A stretch of DNA of 64,000 nucleotides from Candidatus Thorarchaeota archaeon (GCA_048882385.1 JBHLRQ010000003.1:1-64000); one strand, 5' to 3'. Shown: positions 19,488-29,474, counted from the first letter of the stretch. Numbers and translations: made by a program. Notes: a model not told the origin generated them from the sequence alone.

Positions 19488-19922
19488 ATGCCTAAGTTTG
19501 TCAGAACTATTCTGGTGTCTAAAGTGACAAGTAAAAGTGTTGCAGAAGTAAAGTGCTCAAAGTGTAAGAATGTCTATGAAGCAGAAGTTATCGACCATAT
19601 TGATTTGTCTGAAGATCAAGATATGATTAAACCACTGAAGGCTGGAAAAGCAAATCGTGTTCAGTGTCCAAAATGTAAGAAGGTCATGTATTTAGATAGA
19701 AGTATTGTTGTCAATTTTGAACCAGAGAACAAGATAGTCGTCTATGATAAAAAAGCAAGATCAAAAGCAGCTAAGGAGAGTCTAATGGAAGATTATCGTA
19801 GCGTGATTTCATTCAACGATATATTGAGTGAGATTGCAGAGGAAACTGAATTTTCCATAATCACTAAGCTTGACCAATTGAAAGCCATGCTTAATGAGTA
19901 TGTCAAAGTCCATCAGAGATAG
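19488..19922 (+). CDS. CpXC-type zinc-binding protein
   Basis: Two CxxC motifs (CSKC, CPKC) with CpXC spacing. Confidence 0.65.
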   Translation: MPKFVRTILVSKVTSKSVAEVKCSKCKNVYEAEVIDHIDLSEDQDMIKPLKAGKANRVQCPKCKKVMYLDRSIVVNFEPENKIVVYDKKARSKAAKESLMEDYRSVISFNDILSEIAEETEFSIITKLDQLKAMLNEYVKVHQR

Positions 19923-19923
19923 A

Positions 19924-21000
19924 CTATAACTTTCGTTTTCCTAGAAGGAATTGTTCTACCCATCTCTCAGCTTTGTACATAGTTGTTGGAGTTGGGGGCA
20001 TTTTGAATCCATATGCAGAAATTGACTCAAGAGATCCAGCAAGGCCTCTCTTTAGAGCAAGTTTTGTACCACGTATAGCATCCATGAGAATTGGTCCTGC
20101 ATTAGGTCCATCAGTCACTTCCATTCTGATGTCAATCTTGATGGGTGCTCCACCAAACTGACGCCCATTGATGTAGAAATAGGAATCTCGAGCATTGTCC
20201 ATGAATTCAACCCAATCTGATGAACCTGCAACAATAGGTGCATCATATGGAAGGTCTTGTCCTACAGCCTCGCTTTTCACTCCTCTCTTTCTCAAACGAC
20301 CTCTATAATGAGAATCTATTGATTCTGCTCCTCCACCAATATCTAGCTGGTAGCTCTTGTCTACCTTCACACCTCTTGAAACTAATAATTGCAGTATATT
20401 CCTGTGAAGAACTGTGGAGCCAAGCTGATCTTGAATGTCATCTCCGACTAACGGGAGTCCTTTCTCTTCAAATTTCTTACTCCATTCGAGATCTGAGGCG
20501 ATAGGAATGGGTGTGCCATTGATGTATGCACAACCCGCTTCGAGAGCCGCATTAGCATAGTACTTTGTAGCTTCCTCTGCAGAACCAGGAATAAGGTTGA
20601 TGAGAATCTCAGCTCCGGAGTCTTTGAGAACTTTAGCAACATCGACGTCCTTTGCTTTAGATTCGGTAACAAGCGCCTTTAGCATATCATCAAGACCATC
20701 AAGTGCTGGACCCTTCATGACCTCGATACCTGTTTTGGGAACCTTTGCGAATGCCATTACATTGTTAGGTTTGGCGAATATCGCATCCGCCAGATCAGTA
20801 CCTACTTTTGTGTCAGCTACATCAAAAGCTGCAACAAACTTGATATCCTTGACATGATATCCTGCGAAGTCTGGATGTCCAAGACCTACCATCTGCTTGT
20901 CTGCTCGTGCATCTTTGTAGAATTCAACACCTTGTATAAGTGCACTAGCACAGTTTCCAACTCCAACTATTGCAACTTTTATTCCATTCAAATAAGCCAC
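19924..21000 (-). CDS. ino1: Myo-inositol-1-phosphate synthase
   Basis: GVGNCASALIQG, VAAFDV, VGDD...QLGSTVLHR, D.PN.G motif. Confidence 0.9.
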   Translation of the reverse strand: MAYLNGIKVAIVGVGNCASALIQGVEFYKDARADKQMVGLGHPDFAGYHVKDIKFVAAFDVADTKVGTDLADAIFAKPNNVMAFAKVPKTGIEVMKGPALDGLDDMLKALVTESKAKDVDVAKVLKDSGAEILINLIPGSAEEATKYYANAALEAGCAYINGTPIPIASDLEWSKKFEEKGLPLVGDDIQDQLGSTVLHRNILQLLVSRGVKVDKSYQLDIGGGAESIDSHYRGRLRKRGVKSEAVGQDLPYDAPIVAGSSDWVEFMDNARDSYFYINGRQFGGAPIKIDIRMEVTDGPNAGPILMDAIRGTKLALKRGLAGSLESISAYGFKMPPTPTTMYKAERWVEQFLLGKRKL

Positions 21001-21107
21001 CTCTGGTTCTAGCTTTGCGATTTCCTGTACATTTCTTATAAGTTATTCTATACACATAGAATAGTTAGGTCCCCGAAGAACTTATGTTGGTATGTTGCAC
21101 TTATTAT

Positions 21108-21352
21108 GGTTGGACGAAAGGCTTGCGCTCATATGCTCCCGCGTCATCGAAAGTCGTGGGAATGACGCAACCGCGTTGAAAAAGCAATACGAATGTCCAT
21201 CTGCAGGGAGATTCGGCTCCTACCCAATAGGGTTCAGGGAGATGCTGACACAGCGTGTGCATTGGAGCACCACTCATGTTTAAAAGTAAAAGAGGGTGGA
21301 CCTCGAGCCCGAAAAAGGGCACCAAGTCTTAGGCGTAAAGCCTTCGTCCACC
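21108..21352 (+). ncRNA. Unassigned highly structured non-coding RNA (~245 nt)
   Basis: Ends pair (TGGACGAAAGGCTTGCGC with GCGTAAAGCCTTCGTCCA), at least six internal helices, G-U pairs consistent with + strand, followed by T-tract; no credible ORF. Confidence 0.65.
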
Positions 21353-21524
21353 TTTTTCTAGCAAAACTATCCAGTGGATGAGTTTATAGGCAGTTCAAAC
21401 AATTCAAAGAACAGCAGTGCCCTCAAATTGAATCATAAGCTCCAGAGTTCCAGGCACAGCTTTGCGATCACTGAAGAAGATTCTACTTTTGGACGCCTGC
21501 AGAACACAGTGAACGTGAGTTATC

Positions 21525-22007
21525 ATGGGTTATCAAGAGAGAGAACCAATCGAGGCCGTAATTTCTGATCTCAAACCAAGGATGAAGAGTGTTAATATCT
21601 CATTCAAAGTTATCGAGAAAGGTGAAGTTCGAGAAGTAACATCCCGCGCAGATGGAGAGCAACATCGTGTATGCGACACTATTGTTGGAGACAGCTCTGG
21701 GAAAGTTACTGTGCCCCTATGGGATGCCTCAATTGATGAAGTTGAAGCTGATAAAACCTACAGACTAGAAAATGGATATACTACCCTCTTTCAGGGTCAT
21801 CTAAGATTGAACATCGGTCGATATGGTACACTGAAACCAGCTGAGGAAGAGATTGCTGAAATCAACGATGAAGTCGACATGTCTGAGCAAGAACATGAAC
21901 GCAGACCTCGATACGGTGGTTATCGCGGAGGCGGACGACGTGGCGGTGGATACAGAGACCGTGATCGTCGTGGTGGCGGCGGACGAGACTTCAGTCGAGG
22001 ATACTAA
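21525..22007 (+). CDS. Single-OB-fold single-stranded DNA-binding protein (SSB/RPA-like) with Arg/Gly-rich tail
   Basis: ISDLKP..VNI..KV, VGDSSG.V..LW, NGYT.LF.G.LRLNIGRYG; tail RYGGYRGGGRRGGG. Confidence 0.9.
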   Translation: MGYQEREPIEAVISDLKPRMKSVNISFKVIEKGEVREVTSRADGEQHRVCDTIVGDSSGKVTVPLWDASIDEVEADKTYRLENGYTTLFQGHLRLNIGRYGTLKPAEEEIAEINDEVDMSEQEHERRPRYGGYRGGGRRGGGYRDRDRRGGGGRDFSRGY

Positions 22008-22027
22008 TCAGAAATCAATAACCTACT

Positions 22028-22057
22028 GGGTGACGTCGCTACTAGTGATTGTCACCC
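22028..22057 (+). terminator. Hairpin between convergent SSB and Fe-S oxidoreductase genes
   Basis: GGGTGAC...GTCACCC stem extended by G-U pairs. Confidence 0.55.
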
Positions 22058-22063
22058 CATCTA

Positions 22064-23227
22064 CTATTTTGCTAAATTTTCCGCAACAATGTCTACAACA
22101 TCAACTACCCGTATATTACTCCCTTCAATCTCAACACCTGCTTTGAGGTTGCTCTCACAGAACGGACATGCTGTTGTAATGATTTCAGCTCCCGCCTCAA
22201 ATGCAGTTCTTACACGATCTACAGCCATCCTTTTCGAGAGTTCAGGATCGTATGATCGAAGACCTCCTCCAGCACCACAACACATTGCAGCCTCTCGATT
22301 GGTTTCCATTTCTACAAATTCAACATTAGGGATCGCCTTTATTATCTCCCTTGGATTGTCATAGACTCCAGCAGCTCTAGATAGATGACATGGATCGTGA
22401 TATGTTATCTTGATTTTCTTCTCTAAGGGATTTAATCCGAGCTTCTTTTCTTTGACTATTTCCTGAAGTGCTTCGGTCACATGGAGAATTTCAGGAAGGT
22501 GGATATCGAGCTTTGGGTAGTCATTACGAAGCGTCTTCAAACAACCTGCACAAGTCACAATAATCTTCTTAGCTCCAGAATTCTTAATGACTTCTGCAAG
22601 CTTCTCAGCAATCTTCCTAGCATCGTTAGTCCTTCCAGTTCGTAACATCACACTTCCACAACAGGGCTCATCCTCGAGGACTGCAAAATTGATGTCAGCC
22701 GCCTTGAGAATCTTCACCGTTGACTTGGCAATATTGGGAAGTCGAATTCCAGCTGTGCAACCAGTGTAGTAGATAACCTCTCCAGCAGAGGGAACTTCGA
22801 AACCAACTTCTTTGACCCAATCACGTTTGAGCTGTGTGTTTTCCTCGTATGGATTGTCGAACTGCATGATTCTCTGTGCAATTACATCACGAGTTTCATT
22901 AGGAATGTCACTCAGGACTGCTCTCACCTTTTCTAGACATTCTGAGGGATCAAACTCTGCAACACAGATTTCAGTACAATTTCCACACAGTGTACATGTG
23001 AACAGCGATTCTGCATTTTCCGAAGTCTTCTCAAGGGTTCCATCGAGAAGAGCTAGGGCAACCTGTATTCTCCCACGCATGAAGCTGGTTTCAAATCCTT
23101 CAGAGTTTCTCCATACAGGACAGACTCCATCAAATCCTCTGTCCTCGTAAACTGCATTCCGACAGATGCCACATCTACGACATTGCATCAAGTTCTCGAC
23201 TAGTTCTTCTAGATCAATCTCCGCCAT
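22064..23227 (-). CDS. Fe-S oxidoreductase subunit (GlpC/HdrD-like, CCG domains)
   Basis: CRRCGIC, CTLCGNC..C, CCG motifs, YHDPCHL. Confidence 0.9.
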   Translation of the reverse strand: MAEIDLEELVENLMQCRRCGICRNAVYEDRGFDGVCPVWRNSEGFETSFMRGRIQVALALLDGTLEKTSENAESLFTCTLCGNCTEICVAEFDPSECLEKVRAVLSDIPNETRDVIAQRIMQFDNPYEENTQLKRDWVKEVGFEVPSAGEVIYYTGCTAGIRLPNIAKSTVKILKAADINFAVLEDEPCCGSVMLRTGRTNDARKIAEKLAEVIKNSGAKKIIVTCAGCLKTLRNDYPKLDIHLPEILHVTEALQEIVKEKKLGLNPLEKKIKITYHDPCHLSRAAGVYDNPREIIKAIPNVEFVEMETNREAAMCCGAGGGLRSYDPELSKRMAVDRVRTAFEAGAEIITTACPFCESNLKAGVEIEGSNIRVVDVVDIVAENLAK

Positions 23228-23229
23228 TC

Positions 23230-24636
23230 TTAGATTCCTCCCAAGACTCCAGGGTTCATAATGTTGTTTGGGTCAATCATGCTTTTGATCTGTTTGAGAA
23301 ACGCCATGTAATTATCCATTCCTTCAATGGCATCTTTCCAGTAACCAGAAAGCTTGAAAGGTACAGCACCTGTCTTGAAAAGGCGCTGTGAAAGGTCTCT
23401 GTGTGCTTCTCTTATTTTCAGTTCCTCTTCTCTATCCTGGGGGTCAAAGTAGAGCTGCGGATACCAGTTGTAGGAGGCGTGTCCCGACTGAAATCCTGCA
23501 GTATGTCCTAGAATACCATACTCATCCATAACTGCCCAGAGAACCTCCATCGACTTGTGCCAATTAATCGGTGTCTGATGATGATACAAGATTCGCCAAT
23601 GCCAACCATGAACATACGACGATCGAGCAAGTTCCCGCATACGATCCTCCCACTCACTTTTTGGAAGTTCCTTGATTCCGATAACGTAGCCATCAAGTTG
23701 TCTACAGGCATCTTTTGCTGCTTCCATATCGCTCTGAAGCTGGTCTTCTCTGATACGACCAACAGCAACAGATACAGTGAATGTAGGCCATTCGTGTTGA
23801 GGGACACCATATTCCTCACCAACCATATCTAGAAAGAACTCCAGAATTCTCCCTTCATAGATAGCAACCCAAACTGCATTGATATCTTTCTGTTTCAACT
23901 CGAGCAAGAATCTTTCAGCTTTCTCAACTTCACTAAATCCGTAGGTGTTGTAGTCCATATACCTCATTCTTTTGTGTGTCTTCAAAGAAACTTTCGTGAT
24001 AATTCCGAAACTCCCAAGAGACCCTATGAATAATCCAGTGATGTCCGGACCGAAAGAATACCTTAGGAATGGTCCAGGAGCATGGGGATTAGCTTCTGAA
24101 CCGGTCTGGATAATTGTCCCGTCTGGTAAGACAACCTCAAGACCCATGACGAGTTCCGCGATGCATCCATAGACTCCGGATCCAAATCCAGCTCCGTTCA
24201 CCGCAACACATCCAGCTAATGTCGCGACCAATGAAGACCCAGGATAGAATGGAACCCACAAGTCATGCTTGTTCAGATATTTGTCCAGTTTTCCAAATGT
24301 AATTCCCGCACCAACTGTGACAGATCTCAGGTCTTTGTAGAGAGTAATCTCATCCAAACGCATTAATTCGACAACTAATCCTCCTGGCTGTGGTATGACC
24401 TCTCCTTGAAGACTCGATCCGCCTGACCTTGGTGTCACCGCTATCTTGTATTTATTCGCAATCCTGAGGACACCAGCAACTTCCTCAGTCGTGCCAGGTC
24501 TAACTACAGCGCCTGGGAGAACTGGTTCATAGCTCATTGAGGCAGAGGTTGAATAACCAAGGAGGACGTCCTTTCTCGTTGAGATGTTTTCTTTTCCAAC
24601 AATATTGGATAGTTCTTGTACTAACTCCTTATTCAC
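23230..24636 (-). CDS. FAD-binding oxidoreductase (GlcD/D-lactate dehydrogenase-like)
   Basis: PRSGGSSL, GLEVVLPDG, GSLGSFGIIT, DPNNIMNPG. Confidence 0.9.
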   Translation of the reverse strand: MNKELVQELSNIVGKENISTRKDVLLGYSTSASMSYEPVLPGAVVRPGTTEEVAGVLRIANKYKIAVTPRSGGSSLQGEVIPQPGGLVVELMRLDEITLYKDLRSVTVGAGITFGKLDKYLNKHDLWVPFYPGSSLVATLAGCVAVNGAGFGSGVYGCIAELVMGLEVVLPDGTIIQTGSEANPHAPGPFLRYSFGPDITGLFIGSLGSFGIITKVSLKTHKRMRYMDYNTYGFSEVEKAERFLLELKQKDINAVWVAIYEGRILEFFLDMVGEEYGVPQHEWPTFTVSVAVGRIREDQLQSDMEAAKDACRQLDGYVIGIKELPKSEWEDRMRELARSSYVHGWHWRILYHHQTPINWHKSMEVLWAVMDEYGILGHTAGFQSGHASYNWYPQLYFDPQDREEELKIREAHRDLSQRLFKTGAVPFKLSGYWKDAIEGMDNYMAFLKQIKSMIDPNNIMNPGVLGGI

Positions 24637-24663
24637 GATCTTTCCTCCGAGGGTTGGGTGTAT

Positions 24664-24993
24664 TCAGAAGATATGACGAATCTTCATGAGGTCGGAGGCT
24701 GATCCTTTGACCTTTAATTTTCGTTTCAAAAGTGCACTAGCGGCGCTCATTTCCTCTAGGAACAGTTTCCGTATTGTTTCCTCATCACTATTAATTCTCA
24801 TATCAGGCTCATCTATCGGCCCCTCGTGTACAGTGATATTGTTGTCCTTGACAACGAAATGGTATTCACTTCCCTCTTTGAGTTGCAAATATGCTGTGCG
24901 TTCCCATCCATCGATGGCTTCTTTGGTTTTCTCTCGTTCGAGTCCGATTACGATTCTCTCTCTCATAAGTTCCAGCAAGTCTTGAGTCATCAC
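24664..24993 (-). CDS. SCP2 sterol/lipid-binding domain protein
   Basis: VHEG....PD..I...., AASALLKRKLKVKGS..DLMK pattern. Confidence 0.8.
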   Translation of the reverse strand: MMTQDLLELMRERIVIGLEREKTKEAIDGWERTAYLQLKEGSEYHFVVKDNNITVHEGPIDEPDMRINSDEETIRKLFLEEMSAASALLKRKLKVKGSASDLMKIRHIF

Positions 24994-25059
24994 TTGGCAC
25001 TCCGGTATTCTCGAATTGAGGAAGTCCTAGATTTAGTTGTTTCCTTTGGAGTTGAAGGT

Positions 25060-25374
25060 CTACTCATCCCATTTCAAAACCTCAATGAATTCAATTCCTA
25101 CTCTATGTTCTCCATCAGGAAAATCAAATGTGTTGAGTTTTACCTTGATTTTTCTACCACAAACTCCTACCATATACATTGACAAATGCACAGGATCAAA
25201 TTGCTGAAGCACTTCTCTTAGTTTGAATATCTTCTTGTTCCCAACGTTGTCGAGAGCGAATCTTTCAAGCTCCCCAAACTTTGCTTTCTGAATTGCTTTG
25301 ACAAGGCTTTCTCTATCATATCCCTCAATCACTGTGTTTCTCTCCTCTCTCGTTTTTAGAATTCGTAAACGCAA
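25060..25374 (-). CDS. Hypothetical protein
   Basis: 104-aa ORF starting 2 nt after eda stop, in operon orientation. Confidence 0.55.
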   Translation of the reverse strand: MRLRILKTREERNTVIEGYDRESLVKAIQKAKFGELERFALDNVGNKKIFKLREVLQQFDPVHLSMYMVGVCGRKIKVKLNTFDFPDGEHRVGIEFIEVLKWDE

Positions 25375-25376
25375 TC

Positions 25377-26036
25377 CTACTTTCTAAACAGCTTGACAAT
25401 ATCAAGGAATTTTCTGACATTCTCTGTAATCACATCATACCTTCCTTCCTTGATTGCTTTTTTGTCTGTGATAGCACTGCCTACACCCAACGCAAAAGCG
25501 CCTGCTTCTAGCAAAGGTCCTGCAGTTTCAAGATCCACTCCTCCTGTTGGAACGAGCGGAATCTGAGGTAGTGGACCTTTTATTGCTCTCAGATATGCTG
25601 CACCTCCAACATTTCCACAGGGGAAGACCTTCACAGCATCCGCACCTAATGTGAACGCATCGAAAATCTCTGTAGGTGTTAGAGCTCCAGGAATTATCGG
25701 TTTTTTGTGCTTTATTGCTTTTTCAATCAGGTCGCGAGAGTAGTTTGGGCTCACGATGAACTCACTTCCTGCGTTGATGACCTCCTCTGCCATCTTTCCA
25801 TCCACAACAGTTCCAGTACCAATTAGAACTTTATCACCGAATTTCTCAATGAGCTCTTTTACCACCTCAACTGCACCTGGAACACTCATTGTTACTTCTA
25901 TAATATTCACTCCTCCATCAAGAAATGCATCTGCTACCTTGAATGCTATTTCTGCAGTTTCAACTCGAATAATAGGAATAAGTGCTGTATCATGAATCAG
26001 CTTCAGGGCTTTGTCTTTCTCCCACATTTCAATCAC
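25377..26036 (-). CDS. eda: KDPG/KHG aldolase (bacterial Eda type)
   Basis: PIIR, IEVT, IGTGTV, FIVSP, PGALTPTE, VKVFP, PTGGV. Confidence 0.93.
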   Translation of the reverse strand: MIEMWEKDKALKLIHDTALIPIIRVETAEIAFKVADAFLDGGVNIIEVTMSVPGAVEVVKELIEKFGDKVLIGTGTVVDGKMAEEVINAGSEFIVSPNYSRDLIEKAIKHKKPIIPGALTPTEIFDAFTLGADAVKVFPCGNVGGAAYLRAIKGPLPQIPLVPTGGVDLETAGPLLEAGAFALGVGSAITDKKAIKEGRYDVITENVRKFLDIVKLFRK

Positions 26037-27028
26037 CTATCTATTCGAAGTCCTCTTTCTCTACCTTGGATTAGTTTCTCAACTTCGGATTTGTATACAA
26101 ATGCAAGATCACCGGGAACAGAATGTTTCAAAGCCGAGAATGCAGACCCGAAGTCCACAGCCTTTTGAAGGTCTTTCAACTTCAGATATCCATAAATGAA
26201 ACCAGCAGAGCAGGAATCCCCTCCTCCTAAACGGTCAATTACCTCTACATCATAGACGGGACTTCTGTAGACTTTTCCATCGGCATAGGCAAAGACTGAC
26301 CACTTGTTCTGCAAGACACTCGGAGTTTCTCTCACTGTTATGACAACAACTTCAAAACCAAACTTGTCTGTCAGTTTGGCTGCGACATCCTCGTAGTCCT
26401 TACCCTCGATACCGTAAGCAACCTTCGTATCTTCCTCTGTGGTGATTAGAATATCGATGTTTTCTGAAGCGGGTTCAGTGAATTTCTGAGCTTCTTTTGG
26501 AGTCCAGAGCTTTCCTCTATAATTAACATCGTAGGACACCTTAGCTCCTTGTTCCTGGGCAATCTTCAACGCTTCACTTGTAGCCTCAGCACAGCTCTTG
26601 CTGAGAGCGGGAGTGATCCCACTCGTGTGAAAGAGCTTTGTTTGTTTCAGAATCTTTGCCCAGTCTACCTCTCCTGGTTTAAGTTTACTAATTGCCGACT
26701 CTTTCCTATCATAGATGACTCTATTTGTTCTGGGAGCTGCACCAAACTCGACAAAGTAGACTCCACAACGACTGTCTGGATCCCATAGTATGTGAGATGT
26801 GTCTACACCATGCTCTCGAGCTTTGTTTCGGATGAAGTGCCCGATAGAATTGTCTCCTAACTTGGTGACATATGCTGAGTTTAATTCTAACCTAGCACAT
26901 GCAACTGCAACATTCATCTCAGCGCCACCTGCGTGGGCGTTGAAGCTATGTGTTTGTTCAAAGCGCATAAAATCCGGTGGGGAGAGGCGAAGCATCACTT
27001 CTCCAAAGGTGACCACGTCGTAACTCAT
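26033..27028 (-). CDS. kdgK: 2-dehydro-3-deoxygluconokinase (PfkB family)
   Basis: TFGEVMLRLSPP, GGAEMNVA, YDRKESA, SYDVNYR.KLW, DRLGGGDS. Confidence 0.88.
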   Translation of the reverse strand: MSYDVVTFGEVMLRLSPPDFMRFEQTHSFNAHAGGAEMNVAVACARLELNSAYVTKLGDNSIGHFIRNKAREHGVDTSHILWDPDSRCGVYFVEFGAAPRTNRVIYDRKESAISKLKPGEVDWAKILKQTKLFHTSGITPALSKSCAEATSEALKIAQEQGAKVSYDVNYRGKLWTPKEAQKFTEPASENIDILITTEEDTKVAYGIEGKDYEDVAAKLTDKFGFEVVVITVRETPSVLQNKWSVFAYADGKVYRSPVYDVEVIDRLGGGDSCSAGFIYGYLKLKDLQKAVDFGSAFSALKHSVPGDLAFVYKSEVEKLIQGRERGLRIDR

Positions 27029-27109
27029 CTGTCACAACTCTCAGCCAGTTTAACAATGAATGAAGGTCCTTTAGAAATGTTAAATCTGCCGTTACTACAC
27101 TTTGAAAGC

Positions 27110-29434
27110 TTAAACATGCTTACTAGAAAACTCAGTTCTAGCAATGACTTCGTCTTGCACAAATGGGTCTAACTCTATGAAGTACGCACTGTACCCCGCA
27201 ACTCTAACGATCAAATCTCTATGTTGTAATGGATTTACTTTTGCGTCTTCTAGGATTTCCCGGGAAACAACATTGTACTGAACATGGAACCCGCCCATAC
27301 CAAAATACGCATCCACCATACTGATAAACTTCTGTCGACGTGCTTCAGTATCAAAGAAGTCTGGGGTGAATTTCATATTATACAATGTACCATTGTAGCA
27401 TTTTGAGTGGTCTAGTCTAGCCACAGACTTCATTGCAGCTGTGGGTCCATTAACATCTCTATTTTGCGTCGGTGACACTCCATCAGATAGCATATAGCTC
27501 GCCTTTCGCCCATCTGGAGTTGCACCAAGTACTTCTCCTTGAGGGATATACATTGATACTGAGAAAAGAGCTCCATGATATGGTCCATTACGAGTGGTCA
27601 TCCTGTTTTGAATCGATTCGCAGAATGCTCTCCCAGTATCTCTGGCTAGAAAATCGACATTTTCAATATCGTTTCCATATTTTGCTGGATCGTTCTCAAA
27701 CTTAATTCTGAGTTCTTCATTACCTTCCCAGTCATCTGAAAGAATCTGAAGTAATTTCTCCATCGAGATTTCTTTTTCTTGAAAGATGTATTTTCTAATG
27801 ATCTCCAAGGAATCTGCAACGATGGCTACTCCAACACCCATGATTCCTCCAGAGTTATACTTCACTCCTCCTTCCTGTAATGTCTTTCCTGATTCCAAAC
27901 AGCCCTCGAGAAGAGATGAGATGAACGGTGTTGGTGTGTTTTCAGCATGAACTCCTGCAGCAATTCGATCAGCTTGTGTTAGGAGCTCTATTGTGTAGTC
28001 AATCTGTTCAGTATATGCGATCCAGAGTTCATCGAAGGACGTGAATTCTTTTAGATTCCCGGTTTCTTTGCCAACAAGTTCCCCTGTTTTTGGGTCTCTC
28101 CCATTATTCAAAGTGATTTCGAGTATCTTCGGTAAATTGACATAACCAATATTCTGTCTGGGATCTGATTTCCCGCCAATTATCGGTTCTACACATCCGA
28201 GTATTGAGTAATTGTAAGCTTCAGCTGGATCAGTACCTTTCTCAAGCATCATCGGAATAATGGCCTGATCATTGAAAAGGCCAGGCATCCCAAGACCCTT
28301 GGAAATGACTTTTACAACCTGCATTTTGATGTCATCAGGAGTCTTTTTGTGCCATCTAAATGACACACTAGGTTGAGTGACTCTGATATTTGCTGTCGCT
28401 TCCAACACAAGTCTTGTTAGATCGTTGGTGACATCATTTCCATTTTCATCCTGCCCTCCAATTGTCATATTCTGAAACATCGGATGACCAGCAAAAGCGA
28501 TACTGTAGTATTCATCTCTCAACTTGATCAAAGACGTGAATTTTATCCACAGAGTTTCTATCATCTCGAGTGCTTCATCGCGATTCAAACTACCTGATTC
28601 AATATCTCTTTCATAGAACGGAAACAGGTATTGATCAAATCTTCCAGTTGACATGGAGTGTCCATTAGATTCGGTCTGTATAAGAAGGTGAATGAACCAG
28701 AATGATTGTAATGCTTCCTGAAATGACTCTGCTGGTTCAGCAGGAACTTTGGCGCAAATTCGTGATATCTCTCGAAGCTCAGCCATTCTCTTTTCATCAG
28801 TTTCTTGTTCTGCCATATCTGACGCAAGCATAGAGAATCTTTCAGCAAACCGAATTACAGCTTCAATTTCAGTCCTCACAGCATTATAGAAAAATGAGTC
28901 TTTTTTGTCAATGTCCTGGAGAATATCTCTAAGTCCTTTCCTAATTACAGTTTCATAATCTACAATTACATGCCCTATTCCTGTCCCTGGCGATCCAATT
29001 GTGAATAGACCTGATTTCGAGGCTTTGATAGAATCTTGCGGCATAGTTAGGTGGGAAATCTCAGAAGTGCTCTTTCCATTCCAGAAACTAAACACTTCTC
29101 GAAGCTTTTTCTTGTCATCTTCACTGATGACAAACTTCTCTGTTCTCCTTTTATCAAATCGGTCCAACTCTTCCTCAATCCATTTCCAACTATATTCGGG
29201 AAACACCTGACATGACCTTGGTGTTGGACCCATATTCCCTACAATTAACTCCTCAAGTTCAATTCGAATAGTCATATTGTCCAGAACATATGCAAACCCA
29301 CTTGCAAGACGTGTCATTGTAGGTTCTGACCAATGCTCCTTCACAAATTCTGTGAAAAGTACTGCACGCTCTGAGGAAATCGTTGGATCAGATTCAAGCA
29401 TTCTCTGCTTTATCCGGTGGCTCCGAGATGTCAT
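27110..29434 (-). CDS. Glycyl radical enzyme, eliminase/dehydratase-like
   Basis: Gly loop RVAGYSAYF, Cys loop GCVEP (single Cys, so not PFL), ESNGHS..GRFDQY, FQNMTIGG. Confidence 0.92.
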   Translation of the reverse strand: MTSRSHRIKQRMLESDPTISSERAVLFTEFVKEHWSEPTMTRLASGFAYVLDNMTIRIELEELIVGNMGPTPRSCQVFPEYSWKWIEEELDRFDKRRTEKFVISEDDKKKLREVFSFWNGKSTSEISHLTMPQDSIKASKSGLFTIGSPGTGIGHVIVDYETVIRKGLRDILQDIDKKDSFFYNAVRTEIEAVIRFAERFSMLASDMAEQETDEKRMAELREISRICAKVPAEPAESFQEALQSFWFIHLLIQTESNGHSMSTGRFDQYLFPFYERDIESGSLNRDEALEMIETLWIKFTSLIKLRDEYYSIAFAGHPMFQNMTIGGQDENGNDVTNDLTRLVLEATANIRVTQPSVSFRWHKKTPDDIKMQVVKVISKGLGMPGLFNDQAIIPMMLEKGTDPAEAYNYSILGCVEPIIGGKSDPRQNIGYVNLPKILEITLNNGRDPKTGELVGKETGNLKEFTSFDELWIAYTEQIDYTIELLTQADRIAAGVHAENTPTPFISSLLEGCLESGKTLQEGGVKYNSGGIMGVGVAIVADSLEIIRKYIFQEKEISMEKLLQILSDDWEGNEELRIKFENDPAKYGNDIENVDFLARDTGRAFCESIQNRMTTRNGPYHGALFSVSMYIPQGEVLGATPDGRKASYMLSDGVSPTQNRDVNGPTAAMKSVARLDHSKCYNGTLYNMKFTPDFFDTEARRQKFISMVDAYFGMGGFHVQYNVVSREILEDAKVNPLQHRDLIVRVAGYSAYFIELDPFVQDEVIARTEFSSKHV

Positions 29435-29474
29435 CCCTAAATTATCTCACATTTGTATACATTACTTTATCCAT

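Noticed and set aside
21108-21352. Calling the RNA SRP RNA, RNase P RNA or a cobalamin riboswitch
   Set aside because: Diagnostic conserved motifs are absent or only fragmentary on both strands
21092-21568. Short ORFs (62-73 aa) overlapping the structured region
   Set aside because: Mutually overlapping, no protein-like motifs; base-pairing explains the region better
27110-29434. Annotation as pyruvate formate-lyase
   Set aside because: Has GCVEP with a single Cys rather than the Cys-Cys pair of PFL
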